Below are positions 11,101-20,152 of a DNA stretch of 64,000 nucleotides, piece by piece. Source of the stretch: Candidatus Multivoradales bacterium (lineage in GTDB: Bacteria > Acidobacteriota > Thermoanaerobaculia > Multivoradales > JAHEKO01); the NCBI GenBank assembly GCA_965223755.1, contig CBDCXF010000001.1, positions 1,487,356 through 1,551,355 on the forward strand. Reading direction: 5' to 3'. The notes under the pieces were generated by a model, which did not search any database, was not told the origin of the DNA, and saw nothing but the letters and a program-made list of their open reading frames with translations. Both the position numbers and the translations under genes were made by a program. Position 1 is the first letter of the stretch. Every line of letters begins with the position of its first letter.

Positions 11101-11495
11101 CCACTGCCGAACTCAACGGCCGTGTCGAAAAGATCCGGGACACACTGAACTTACGCTCTCCCACTGTAGATCCGGAACTGCTGGCGACGACACGAATGAT
11201 CTGGAACCAGCTCCAGGACCACAAGAAACACCTTGAAAACGACCAGCGCCGGGTGTTCTTGAACGAGTTCGACATCACCTCGATCGATGATCGTGTGGAT
11301 TTTCTTTACTACGGCGTGCGCTACTCGACCTACGGACCGACCCCGGCGCTCGAGGAATCGGCGGCAATCGTGGAAGAGGAACTTGGCGAAGTTGAGGCAG
11401 CATTGGGCAAGATCCAGACCGAGGATCTACCTGAACTCGAAGCCAAGCTCAAAGCGGCCGGCGTACCATGGACTCCGGGAAGGGTCGTTCCTTAG
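8190..11495 (+). CDS. Secreted VPS10/BNR-repeat (sortilin-like) glycosyl hydrolase family protein
   Basis: Signal peptide; start RGIGPALMSGRI; many S/T-x-D-G-G-x-T-W Asp-box repeats; 1101 aa. Confidence 0.85.
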   Translation: MANLRRVEVAIVLATALLVSPSVGLRADDQEASEGYWLTQETLAGLELRGIGPALMSGRIADIAIDPTDQSTWYVGVGSGGVWKTTNAGTTWESVFEGQGSYSIGTVVVDPHNTATIWVGSGENVNGRHVGYGDGVYRSRDGGKTWENLGLNDSQHIGRIIVHPEDPNTIFVASQGPLWSPGGERGLFKSADGGATWNNILSGGDFTGVNDVVMHPENSDVLLATTHEHHRTVAALVNGGPESGIHKSTDGGATWREVTEGLPETDMGRIGLAISPQQPNVVYATVELPHRKGAFLRTENFGETWEQMSEQIAGGTGPHYYQELWASPHKMDRVYYSDVQLRVTEDGGASFRSINRPSKHVDNHAMAFNPNDPDYLLVGCDGGIYESWDLGETWKFVSNLPLTQFYKVAVDYDEPFYNIVGGTQDNNTQYGPSRTDNIHGIRNSDWSITLFGDGHQPAIDPTNPDIIYSEWQEGNLTRFDRPTGEITYIRPQPEKGAALERYNWDAPILISAHDPARIYYASQRVWRSDNHGDSWTAISGDLTRNQNRLELPIGGRTRSFDAVWDLYAMSMYNTITSLGESPLDENLLYAGTDDGLIQVSEDGGSNWRAVEAGSLPGLSETAFINDIKADLHDVDTVYAVFDDHKNGDFAPYVYKSIDRGRSWRSIVGDLPERHLVWRLVQDHVNADLLFLGTEFGVFTSVDGGDHWVKLSGSAPTIPFRDLAIQKRENDLVAATFGRGFYVLDDYSPLRGLSADSLDQPAALFAVKDADWYIPKNTLDFGNPKASQGDSFFVAPNPPFGAVFTYYLKDDYKSAKEVRLEAEKEIEAGDDVAFPGWAALDEEARETEPAAVLTVRDANGSIVRVVEGPATKGIHRVAWDLREPSTAPLPDLSTLEDAPGDPHSGLLAAPGGYTVQLGIRANGEIKDLGPTQSFNVVPLRTNSLSSATPDQVVAFQRRVADLYGRLQGAVAATAELNGRVEKIRDTLNLRSPTVDPELLATTRMIWNQLQDHKKHLENDQRRVFLNEFDITSIDDRVDFLYYGVRYSTYGPTPALEESAAIVEEELGEVEAALGKIQTEDLPELEAKLKAAGVPWTPGRVVP

Positions 11496-11569
11496 GACCC
11501 TTCGTCATTTCTGCGGCTTCCTATCGTCATTCCCGCGGGTGGGGCGAGGGGGGCGGGATCTTTTTCTTT

Positions 11570-11714
11570 GTACCTGCCGGCCGAAAGGCGGCGAGCGCTG
11601 TTGGGAATCCGAACGTTGGCACTCGCCTTGGCTTCGCTTCACGCCGGAGCGCTTTCTGCCTAAGACCTGACCTTGTCGTGCGCTCGCAAAGACACTTTCG
11701 GGCTCGGCAGGTAC
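11570..11714. repeat. Long imperfect intergenic inverted repeat (MITE/REP-like or structured RNA)
   Basis: GTACCTGCCGGCCGAAAG (11570-11587) pairs with CTTTCGGGCTCGGCAGGTAC (11695-11714); inner GCGAGCGC (11591-11598) pairs with GCGCTCGC (11680-11687). Confidence 0.6.
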
Positions 11715-11777
11715 GGGAGTTGCCCCCCTCCCGGAAACAGATTGTCAGCCCTGCAGGGCTTGGCTCGAGCGCATTGG

Positions 11778-11822
11778 ACTGACCACTGCCAACTGACCAC
11801 TGCCAACTGACCACTGATCACT
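11778..11822. repeat. Heptamer-based short tandem repeat
   Basis: ACTGACC-ACTGCCA-ACTGACC-ACTGCCA-ACTGACC-ACTGATC-ACT. Confidence 0.9.
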
Positions 11823-11942
11823 AGCACTACCCATACTCTTTAACTCGCGGAGACGGCTCCCGGCCCCACGCCCAAGCCCCCGCCGAGACGACGAACTGCT
11901 TTCGTCGGTTATGTTTTGCCTCTTCCCTACGTCTAAAGGACT

Positions 11943-12533
11943 ATGACGGCGCAGACCTTGACCATGACCCAGCCCGCCGCACCCCCCGATCGACCGGACG
12001 AGACCATCCTTTGGCAAGCCCTCGCCGCGGGTGATCGCGGTGCCGCGGAGCAACTTGTCGAGGCCACTTACGAGCGCATCTACGGGGCGCTTTTTCGCCT
12101 TTGCAACGGCGATGAACCCCTGGCCGCGGACCTGACCCAGGAGACCTATCGCAAGGCGTGGGCCTCGCTGAGCCGGTTCCGCGGCGATTGTGCGTTCTCG
12201 AGCTGGCTCTACCGCATTGCCCACACGACTTTCCTGAGTCACGTACGAAGGCCGCGACTCACTCTGCTCGAGGAGCCGGAACGCCTAACCGCACCCGGAC
12301 CTTCGGCGCACAGAACTGCAGAAGACAAGGAAACCTCGCTTCGATTGCAGCGAGCGATCCTTCAACTACCTGAGGACTTGCAGTTCGCGGTCACGGCTCG
12401 CTACTGGCACGAAACGCCGGTGCGAGAGATCGCAGCGCTGCAAGGCATTTCCGAAGTCGGTGTGCGCAAGCGACTCCAGCGCGCCCACCAGCAAATCGCC
12501 AACATCCTCAACCACGATGAGGTGACCTCATGA
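11943..12533 (+). CDS. ECF RNA polymerase sigma-70 factor
   Basis: Region 2 AADLTQETYRKAW...FSSWLYRIA; region 4 EIAALQGISEVGVRKRLQRA; RBS AAGGA. Confidence 0.9.
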   Translation: MTAQTLTMTQPAAPPDRPDETILWQALAAGDRGAAEQLVEATYERIYGALFRLCNGDEPLAADLTQETYRKAWASLSRFRGDCAFSSWLYRIAHTTFLSHVRRPRLTLLEEPERLTAPGPSAHRTAEDKETSLRLQRAILQLPEDLQFAVTARYWHETPVREIAALQGISEVGVRKRLQRAHQQIANILNHDEVTS

Positions 12534-14722
12534 CCGCTACCGAGAAAAAGTTCTCGCCCGAAGAAGTCGAACGGCTTCTCGAACAGAGTTCAGCGGCAGC
12601 TCCACCGCTCCACTTACTCGATGACATCAAGAACGAGATACCACACGACCCCGCCCTTGCTGTCGGCTCACGAACCTGGGGGTTCAATAGATCCCGCACC
12701 TGGATTCTCGCGGCCACGCTGGCGACCGTGGTGGTCGGCGGCTTCCTTGCCCGACGGTTGTCCGACGAAGTGCCCTTTGAGCCTTCCTCGAGCGAGGTCG
12801 ACGAACCAAGCACACTTGGATACCTCGACCTGGGGACTGCACCTGATTCGAAAGACAATAAACCACCCGTCCAGGATGCGACTCCTAAAGCGACTGAGGC
12901 AAAAAAAGCAAAGGAGCTGGGAACGCTGGAAGAAGGCCGTACGCGCACGGGAGCCAGATCAGTGGGTTTGGAGAAGACTCTGCCGCCGACGTCCTTACCG
13001 GTTGCCGAAACGGACATCGCCGAGCGCAAGATGGACAGAAGCCATTTGCGCGAGTTGTCTCCTGCCACCGCTCAGCCCGCCGCGCCAGCAGATCAGGAAG
13101 GCCTAACGGCGACTGTGGAAGAACTGGAGGCGGCCGAGTTCGCCGACGAGATCGTCATCGTTGGCGAGACACGACCTACAGTGGATACCGTTTCCACCGA
13201 ATCGGGCGTTATCGTGGAGTCGAGCCGCAGGAAGCGGGTCCGAGATTTCTTTTCCAGAAAGCGCCAGGAGATCCCCAAGCCGGGCCGGGTCGAGGCGCAA
13301 AGCGGCTACGTCGGGAGCACCGGCGGTACCGCCGAACCTAACGATCAACCCTACGGCGACATGTTCTTCGACCACTACGGCACCAACCCCTTCATCGACA
13401 CCGAAGATGATGCTCTCTCGACCTTCGGCATGGACGTCGATACCGGTTCGTACACGGTCGCGCGCAGCTACCTCGATCGCGGTCATTTGCCACCGACCGA
13501 CGCCATTCGGCTGGAAGAGTTCCTCAACTACTTCGACTACCCGGATTCTGAACCGGAGGAAGGGGACTTTGCCCTGTCGGCCGAAGCGGCCCCATCATTG
13601 TTCGGAAACAGCGAAAGACACTATCTGCTCCGCTTTGGAATCCAGGGGCGCGATGTCGCCACTGAGAACCGCCCGCCGGCTACCCTAATTTTCGTCGTCG
13701 ACGTATCCGGCTCAATGAACCAGGAGAATCGCCTGGGGCTGGTCAAAAGATCGCTTCGCCTGCTGCTCGGCGAACTCAATTCCAAAGACCGCGTCGGACT
13801 GGTCATCTACGGCAGTCAGGGTGAGGTCCTGCTGCAACCAACCTCGGACCATGAGCGTATCGAGCGCGCCATTGATCGCTTGCAAGCGGGCGGGTCCACC
13901 AATGCCGAAGAAGGCCTGGTGCTCGCCTACGACCTCGCTCGCGAGTTCTACCGCGAAGGCGACATCAACCGCGTCATCCTCTGCTCCGACGGGGTTGCCA
14001 ACGTCGGCCGCACCGGTCCCGATTCGATCCTCAAGCGCATCGGCCGGGAAGCCGATCAAGGTATCGAACTGACGACCGTGGGCTTCGGCATGGGCAACTA
14101 CAACGACGTCCTCATGGAACAACTCGCCGACAAAGGCGACGGACGCTACGCCTACGTCGACAGCTTTTCGGAAGCGCGGCGGCTCTTCGTCGAGGAACTC
14201 AATGGGACTTTGCAGACCATCGCCTCGGAAGCCAAGATCCAGGTTGAGTTCGACCCGAAAGTGGTGAGTCGCTATCGCCTGATCGGTTACGAGAACCGTG
14301 ACATTGCCGACGAGGACTTCCGCAATAACAAGGTCGACGCCGGAGAAATCGGCGCCGGACACCACGTCACCGCCCTATACGAGATCAAGTTGCGCAAACG
14401 GCCGACGGCCGACCGGCCCTTGGCGACTCTGCGCGTGCGTTATGCCTCCAACGCGACTGAGAACGTCGTCGAGCAAGACCTAGCGGTCGCCCAGGAGAAC
14501 ATCGCGGACAATTGGCAGGTCGCTCCCAGAGGGCTGCAGCAAGCCGCACTTGTGGCCGAATTCGGCGAGATTCTCAAGAAGTCGTATTGGGCCAGAGGAA
14601 GCGATCTTGAAGAGGTCCTGCGGTACGCGCAAGAATTGGCACCGCAGTTCGCCGCTGACAGAAAGTTCGCCGAATTCACCGGATTGGTCGCCAAGGCGGC
14701 ACAGATTTCGGATCGGGAGTAA
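12530..14722 (+). CDS. Membrane-anchored vWA protein, YfbK-like (vWF_A N-terminal + vWA + DUF3520)
   Basis: TM at about residue 57-73; STFGMDVDTGSY, MIDAS VDVSGSM, LCSDGVANVG, YRLIGYENR, DAGEIGAGHHVTALYE. Confidence 0.85.
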   Translation: MTATEKKFSPEEVERLLEQSSAAAPPLHLLDDIKNEIPHDPALAVGSRTWGFNRSRTWILAATLATVVVGGFLARRLSDEVPFEPSSSEVDEPSTLGYLDLGTAPDSKDNKPPVQDATPKATEAKKAKELGTLEEGRTRTGARSVGLEKTLPPTSLPVAETDIAERKMDRSHLRELSPATAQPAAPADQEGLTATVEELEAAEFADEIVIVGETRPTVDTVSTESGVIVESSRRKRVRDFFSRKRQEIPKPGRVEAQSGYVGSTGGTAEPNDQPYGDMFFDHYGTNPFIDTEDDALSTFGMDVDTGSYTVARSYLDRGHLPPTDAIRLEEFLNYFDYPDSEPEEGDFALSAEAAPSLFGNSERHYLLRFGIQGRDVATENRPPATLIFVVDVSGSMNQENRLGLVKRSLRLLLGELNSKDRVGLVIYGSQGEVLLQPTSDHERIERAIDRLQAGGSTNAEEGLVLAYDLAREFYREGDINRVILCSDGVANVGRTGPDSILKRIGREADQGIELTTVGFGMGNYNDVLMEQLADKGDGRYAYVDSFSEARRLFVEELNGTLQTIASEAKIQVEFDPKVVSRYRLIGYENRDIADEDFRNNKVDAGEIGAGHHVTALYEIKLRKRPTADRPLATLRVRYASNATENVVEQDLAVAQENIADNWQVAPRGLQQAALVAEFGEILKKSYWARGSDLEEVLRYAQELAPQFAADRKFAEFTGLVAKAAQISDRE

Positions 14723-14744
14723 GCAAATCCCTACCGAACGATCG

Positions 14745-14773
14745 CTGCCAAACACGCCTGAGATCGGTACAAT
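14745..14773 (+). promoter_or_regulatory. Putative sigma70 promoter for the RDD-MoxR cluster
   Basis: CTGCCA-N17-TACAAT in the intergenic gap upstream of GTG 14846. Confidence 0.4.
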
Positions 14774-14845
14774 CGCCTCCGTCCCGGATTCTCATGCGCG
14801 CCAGCGGCGTCGCAGTCCCGATTTTTCCGGGGTGGAGCGGCGCAC

Positions 14846-15622
14846 GTGGAGGAGTTCGACAACCGGCCTGGTGAGCAAAGTACGCTCGCAATCGACAATA
14901 TCGAAATCGAACAACCGATCGCTCGGCTCGGAAGTCGCGCCCTAGCCGCTTTCTTCGACTATCTGTTCCTGTTCTTGGCGCAGATCCTTGCCTTTGTCGT
15001 CGCCCGATCGCTGACGACTCTATTGCCCGGTGATCTTGAGGACAACGGCTGGTTTGTCGCCACTATGATCGTTCTTGTCTTTGTAGTCGAGTGGGGCTAT
15101 TTCGCGGTTAGCGAGATCATCGGGCACGGCAAGACTCTGGGTAAAAAAATCGTCGGGCTACGTGTGGTGAGTGACCTCGGCGAAGCTGCAGCCATCAAGT
15201 CTTACATCCTGAGGAATATGCTTCGCACTCCCGACATCCTTGTGGGCGCGTTCTTCCTCGCTTTGGATCCAAGAGCTCGCCGACTGGGAGATCGTTTTGC
15301 CGGCACCATGGTGGTTTACGACCCGCCGCCGAAAGCCGCCAAGACCCTGGCGTCGGTGCCCAAAGGGTGGGGACCTCGCGAAATCGCCATTGCGGAGGCG
15401 TTTCTCGACCGCGCTGAGGAAATGGAAATCAGCCAGCGCCTGGCGCTGGCTCACAAGTTGGTCGCGCTCGCGGATCGTCACGACCCGACCTTCCTCAATG
15501 CAGCCAAGGCGCACACAGTTGACTCGGTCCAGATCTTGCGGCTGGCTTTGCATTCGCTGCCCAATACCGAGCAAGGCGCGGCGTCATCGGACCTCCCACC
15601 GACAGAAATGGCCCGAGAGTGA
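14846..15622 (+). CDS. RDD family membrane protein
   Basis: R..A.FFDY, GKTLGKKIVGLRVV, RRLGDRFAGTMVV. Confidence 0.9.
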   Translation: MEEFDNRPGEQSTLAIDNIEIEQPIARLGSRALAAFFDYLFLFLAQILAFVVARSLTTLLPGDLEDNGWFVATMIVLVFVVEWGYFAVSEIIGHGKTLGKKIVGLRVVSDLGEAAAIKSYILRNMLRTPDILVGAFFLALDPRARRLGDRFAGTMVVYDPPPKAAKTLASVPKGWGPREIAIAEAFLDRAEEMEISQRLALAHKLVALADRHDPTFLNAAKAHTVDSVQILRLALHSLPNTEQGAASSDLPPTEMARE

Positions 15623-16593
15623 ACTACGCGGATTTTCTAAATCGACGCCAAGAGTCGTGGCTCAAGTTCGAACAGCGGCTCAAAAATATCAACTCACTGA
15701 GCTACGACGAACTGGAACTTCTTGCCGTCGACTATCGCTTGGTTCTCCAGGATTACGCCCTCGTCCGTAGCCGGTTTCCCGGTACCGGCGTGGTTGACAA
15801 GTTGCGCGCGCTCAGCCGCGAAGGTACGCGAAAGTTATTGCGACACCAGCCCTCCAAGTCGCGAGGCGGTGTCGCCCTGTTTTTCTTTGAGCGATTTCCA
15901 ACAACCCTGCGCCGTCACCTACCCACGATCGGCGTGGCGGCAGCGATCTTCGTGGTTGCCGCTGTCTTCGGCCTCGCGCTGGTCATCGCCCAGCCAGGGC
16001 TCACGACCTGGATCCTGGGACCGGAGGCAGTGGCAGATCTCAAGCAGGGCAAGATGTGGACCGAGTCGTTGACCTCAACCGCACCACAGGCGTCATCGTC
16101 CGCCATCGCGACCAACAACATCGCGGTGTCGTTGACCGCCTGGGCCGGTGGCGCCTTGGCGGGGGCTTTGACACTGTGGATTTTGATCTTGAACGGATTT
16201 CATCTGGGATCGGTGTTCGCGGTAACCATGCACTACTCCATGGAAAAGGAACTTGCGGAGTTCGTGGCTGCCCATGCACCGCTCGAACTGACCATCATCA
16301 TCGTTGCGAGCGGCGCCGGTTTACTGTTGATGCGTGGTTTGGTTGCCTTCGGTGATCGTCCGCGCGCGGACCAATTGCGCGAGTACGGCACCGACTCGAT
16401 GGTCTTGGTCGCCGGATGCATCCCCTGGCTGATTCTCCTGGCTTTGATCGAAACATTCTTGTCACCGCGCCCGGACGTACCGGTGGCGGTCAAGATCACT
16501 GTGGGGATCGTAATCTTCGCTCTGTTTGTGACCCTTGGGCTGGGTAGACAACGCATTTCAAATGTGGAGGGGACTCTAGATGTCAACGGTTGA
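15619..16593 (+). CDS. Stage II sporulation protein M (SpoIIM) family membrane protein
   Basis: IATNNIAVS, ILNGFHLG, HAPLELTIII..GAGL, LALIETFLSP. Confidence 0.85.
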   Translation: MNYADFLNRRQESWLKFEQRLKNINSLSYDELELLAVDYRLVLQDYALVRSRFPGTGVVDKLRALSREGTRKLLRHQPSKSRGGVALFFFERFPTTLRRHLPTIGVAAAIFVVAAVFGLALVIAQPGLTTWILGPEAVADLKQGKMWTESLTSTAPQASSSAIATNNIAVSLTAWAGGALAGALTLWILILNGFHLGSVFAVTMHYSMEKELAEFVAAHAPLELTIIIVASGAGLLLMRGLVAFGDRPRADQLREYGTDSMVLVAGCIPWLILLALIETFLSPRPDVPVAVKITVGIVIFALFVTLGLGRQRISNVEGTLDVNG

Positions 16594-17437
16594 GCGCGTA
16601 TTGACCTTTCGGGAGATTCTGGATCAAGCGATTAGCTTGCTGCGCACAAATCTGCGTTCGTACCTACTGCCGTACGCGCTGATCTTCGGTGTTGCCACCG
16701 CGGCGCTGACCGCCGTGCAGTTGGGGTGGATGGGGTCTCTGATGTTCCCCGGCAACGTTGGGGCAACTATCGATTGGCAACTTTTCGGCGGATTCGGCTG
16801 CGTCATGGCACTGTTTTGGCTTTTCTATTTCGGGCTACAAACCGGACTGGCTATAGGAGCCGTTTCCTTGGTCGCCGGCCGGTCGTCAAAGGGATCGTTT
16901 GCCGCTGCCTTCAAGCCCAAGATCTACGGCACGGTATTCCTGTCTGGTATCGCTATTGTCATCTCGGCGTTGTTTTGCTTTTTTCCCGTGCTCTACGTGG
17001 CGCCCGCCCTGGCGTTTATCGTCCCAGTGATGACGGAAGAATCACGGTTCGGTTTCGAGGCCTTCTCCGGAAGTCACGAGCTCGCTCGCTACAACCCGAG
17101 AAAGAACTTTCTGGACACCCCGATGGTGCGCGTATTGGGCCTCTTTCTCGTGACTATACTCGTGAGCTGGTTGCTCAGCATGGTGATCGCTCTACCGCTC
17201 ATGGTCCTACAGCAGATCGCAATATTCGAACAAGTGGTTCAGGAAGAAGGGAACGTCGGCGCTGTTCCCGGGCTCTTGTGGCTGCAGGTTCCTGGGCAGT
17301 TTCTGACCGCGGCCGCGCAGACCGCGGCCAATGCTTTCGCCGCGATCGCAATTGCCCTCATCTACTTCGACGTCCGCAAGCGGCGCGACGGAGCAGATCT
17401 CGAACAGGCCATCTTGGACTTGGAATCCGATTCTTGA
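16580..17437 (+). CDS. Multi-pass membrane protein typical of RDD/SpoIIM/MoxR clusters
   Basis: RVLTFREILDQA start; about 6 TM segments; C-terminal YFDVRKRRDGADL. Confidence 0.7.
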   Translation: MSTVERVLTFREILDQAISLLRTNLRSYLLPYALIFGVATAALTAVQLGWMGSLMFPGNVGATIDWQLFGGFGCVMALFWLFYFGLQTGLAIGAVSLVAGRSSKGSFAAAFKPKIYGTVFLSGIAIVISALFCFFPVLYVAPALAFIVPVMTEESRFGFEAFSGSHELARYNPRKNFLDTPMVRVLGLFLVTILVSWLLSMVIALPLMVLQQIAIFEQVVQEEGNVGAVPGLLWLQVPGQFLTAAAQTAANAFAAIAIALIYFDVRKRRDGADLEQAILDLESDS

Positions 17438-18087
17438 CCGGACGGAATGCGGGTCTCGTAGCCCTCGCCTTCCTGGCATTCCAGGTTGCGCTGTTGGCCG
17501 ACGAAGTCGACACGGACCTCGTCGAGCAGATCTACGAGTCGACACAGATTACGGAATCGACACCGTCGCCAGGACCGGTCGCCTATACCGGCCACTTGTG
17601 GGGTGAACTGTTGCGGCGGATGCTGTTCAGAGGTGGGGATCTAGCGACCAAGGTCTTGGGTATTCCGTTGGCGGTTTGGAAGGTCCTCATCTATCTCGTT
17701 GCTATCGGCTGCCTGCTCATCCTCGGTGCGCGCCTGCGCAGGCTATGGCGGCACCGCTCCACCGTGGAGCCCGAGGTGCCCGGTGTGCTCGTCACTGAGG
17801 ATGAGATGGCGAAACCGGAGGAATGGTTGCAGCGCTTTCGCGACGCACTGGCTGCGGGCGATACCACCACCGCCCTCGAATGCGTCTGGTGGTGGGCGGC
17901 GACCACGGTTGCTCCACGCGGTTTGGCCGGATCCTGGTCGACTTTCGACATGGCGCGGGCTCCCGAAGTCAGGCCGGAAGTGGTTCCTGTTCTCAGAGAT
18001 GTCGACCTTCTGGCGTTCAGCCCTCGCCCAGCGAGTACGGTTGAAGTCCAAGCCCTGCAGCAAAGGCTCGCGCAAGCGCTACCATGA
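17434..18087 (+). CDS. DUF4129-like membrane protein
   Basis: TTG start overlaps the previous TGA; TM then A.ALAAGD...AL motif; position in cluster. Confidence 0.6.
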   Translation: MTGRNAGLVALAFLAFQVALLADEVDTDLVEQIYESTQITESTPSPGPVAYTGHLWGELLRRMLFRGGDLATKVLGIPLAVWKVLIYLVAIGCLLILGARLRRLWRHRSTVEPEVPGVLVTEDEMAKPEEWLQRFRDALAAGDTTTALECVWWWAATTVAPRGLAGSWSTFDMARAPEVRPEVVPVLRDVDLLAFSPRPASTVEVQALQQRLAQALP

Positions 18088-19160
18088 GCAGGAACCTCCG
18101 ATTGGTCGTCATCTTGGCCGGAGCCGGCGTCGTGCTGCTCTCGATTGGCCTGCGTCCAGAGTTGGGAACCCCAAGTAGTCTGTCCAAGACGGCGGATGGA
18201 TGGCTGGCGGCGCGGCTTTATCTTGAAGGTCGAGGAGACACGGTCGAACTTCTGGATCATTCCGATGTCGCCAACATTGGAAGTGGCACTCTGGTAACCG
18301 TATTCCCGTGGAGTTCACCCTATCTGGGTGATTCTGCCGAATCCTATTGGAGCCACGTCCGAGCCGGTGGCAACTTGATCATTGCAACCGGCGTCGCCAA
18401 TACAGTCCTTCAAGAGCAAGTACTCGACAGGTTTGGCTTTGCGACAACCACGATCCGCGGCAAGCCACCGTTGCGCTATACGGACTGGCGTCGTTATCAC
18501 CGGCAGACGGCCAACTTAGTCTCGGCCAACTCGCAGCACGAGATTCAAATCCCTTTGCCGAGGGACGCTGCGGTATCTCCGAGTGGCGCCGACGTGTTAT
18601 TCGAAGACCAACGAAGCGGAATTTCGGTTTTTGCGCAAGACGTCGGCCGCGGAACGGTTGTCGTGTTGCCGGCCGCCGTTTTGGACAACTCTGGTTTTCG
18701 TAACGACGCCGGCCCCGTACTGCTCGAGGAACTTCGGCGGAGATACGACAACTCCTGGGTCTTTGACGAATACCACCAAGGCTTGAGAGCCCAAACGTCG
18801 GGCGAGATGACCGCGATCGGCGCCGCGACACGAGCGTGGACGATTCAGATCTTGATGCTCTACGTCGTTGCGCTCGTGGCGTTGTGGCGACCGTTTGGTG
18901 GTTCCTGGCCGGCGCCGCAACGCTCGGCGGGAGCGACCGCCCAGTATCTGCTTGGGCTCGGAGCGACCCACCAACGATTGAACCATTTTGGCGATGCGGC
19001 GAAGCATCTATTGGCTCGCTTGCAACTCTACGATCGCCGGTTTTCGGCAACACAAACAATGACCAATCGAGCTGACGGCGTCAGTAGCGGAGCGGAGCTT
19101 GTCTCGCTGGCGCAAGATGTCGCCGACGATCGACACTGCCTTCCGAAAGGGAAACGATGA
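18084..19160 (+). CDS. DUF4350-like protein
   Basis: N-terminal anchor, G..A...YL.GRG, GRGTVVVL..., WVFDEYHQG; directly upstream of moxR. Confidence 0.7.
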   Translation: MSRNLRLVVILAGAGVVLLSIGLRPELGTPSSLSKTADGWLAARLYLEGRGDTVELLDHSDVANIGSGTLVTVFPWSSPYLGDSAESYWSHVRAGGNLIIATGVANTVLQEQVLDRFGFATTTIRGKPPLRYTDWRRYHRQTANLVSANSQHEIQIPLPRDAAVSPSGADVLFEDQRSGISVFAQDVGRGTVVVLPAAVLDNSGFRNDAGPVLLEELRRRYDNSWVFDEYHQGLRAQTSGEMTAIGAATRAWTIQILMLYVVALVALWRPFGGSWPAPQRSAGATAQYLLGLGATHQRLNHFGDAAKHLLARLQLYDRRFSATQTMTNRADGVSSGAELVSLAQDVADDRHCLPKGKR

Positions 19161-20143
19161 CCATGGATGAACGCATCGAACACGAAACTTCGACAATTGA
19201 TGAAGCCACCGCGAACGCGATCCACCTTTTGCAAGAACGACTCGGCGAGGTGGTCTTGGGGCAAGATCAGGCCATTCGTCTTGTAACCGCGGGATACGTA
19301 GCCGGAGGGCATGTGTTGCTCGAGGGGATCCCCGGAATCGGCAAGACCTTGCTCGCGCGTACCTTCGCCCGGCTTTTGGGCCGCAGTTTTTCGCGCATAC
19401 AGTTCACACCGGACTTGATGCCAGCGGATGTTGTCGGCTCCAATATCCTGCGTCCCGGGAGTCAGCAGTTCGAACTACTGCGCGGGCCCATTTTTAACGA
19501 CGTTCTCCTCGCCGACGAAATCAACCGCACGCCACCCAAGACTCAGGCTGCTCTGCTTGAGGCAATGCAGGAACGCCAGGCCACGATCGACGGAACTGCA
19601 CACCAACTTCCCGACGATTTCTTCATTATTGCTACGCAAAATCCGCTCGAGTTTGAAGGCGTCTACCCGCTGCCTGAGGCTCAGCTCGACCGGTTCCAAC
19701 TACGTATCCCGATGGGATTGCCCGACCTTGAAGCAGAAATGACCTTGATGCGTCAGGCGGTCGCCGGTGACTTGCAGCTCGACCAACGCCAACAACTCGC
19801 TGAACCCGTCCTTGAGAATGGCGTATCGATCAGGCGCGCAGCGTCTGGAACCCATGTGCGAGACGACATTCTCGAGTACGTGCAGCAACTTGCGGTCGCG
19901 GTCCGAGAGTCGCCTCACGTCGAATTGGGCCCCAGTCCGCGCGCGGTGCTGGCGCTGCTTGAAACTGCGCGGTCACTGGCGTTGCTAGGCAACCGTGCGT
20001 TCGTCATCCCAGATGACGTCAAAGAGGCCGCCGAGCCTTGTTGGGCTCACCGTATTCGCTTGCTTTCCGAATCCGAATTGGAAAGCCACACTCCCTCGAC
20101 AGTTCTTGCCCAAGTAGTCGAGTCGGTGGACGTTCCGCACTAG
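19157..20143 (+). CDS. moxR: MoxR family AAA+ ATPase
   Basis: GHVLLEGIPGIGKT, RIQFTPDLMPAD, LADEINRTPPKTQAALLEAMQE, YPLPEAQLDRF. Confidence 0.95.
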   Translation: MTMDERIEHETSTIDEATANAIHLLQERLGEVVLGQDQAIRLVTAGYVAGGHVLLEGIPGIGKTLLARTFARLLGRSFSRIQFTPDLMPADVVGSNILRPGSQQFELLRGPIFNDVLLADEINRTPPKTQAALLEAMQERQATIDGTAHQLPDDFFIIATQNPLEFEGVYPLPEAQLDRFQLRIPMGLPDLEAEMTLMRQAVAGDLQLDQRQQLAEPVLENGVSIRRAASGTHVRDDILEYVQQLAVAVRESPHVELGPSPRAVLALLETARSLALLGNRAFVIPDDVKEAAEPCWAHRIRLLSESELESHTPSTVLAQVVESVDVPH

Positions 20144-20152
20144 AGGAAAGCG

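Noticed and set aside
16726-17433. N-terminal 236 aa of the 453-aa ORF 16726-18087
   Set aside because: An out-of-frame overlap with the membrane gene 16580-17437. The TTG at 17434 gives a coupled start.
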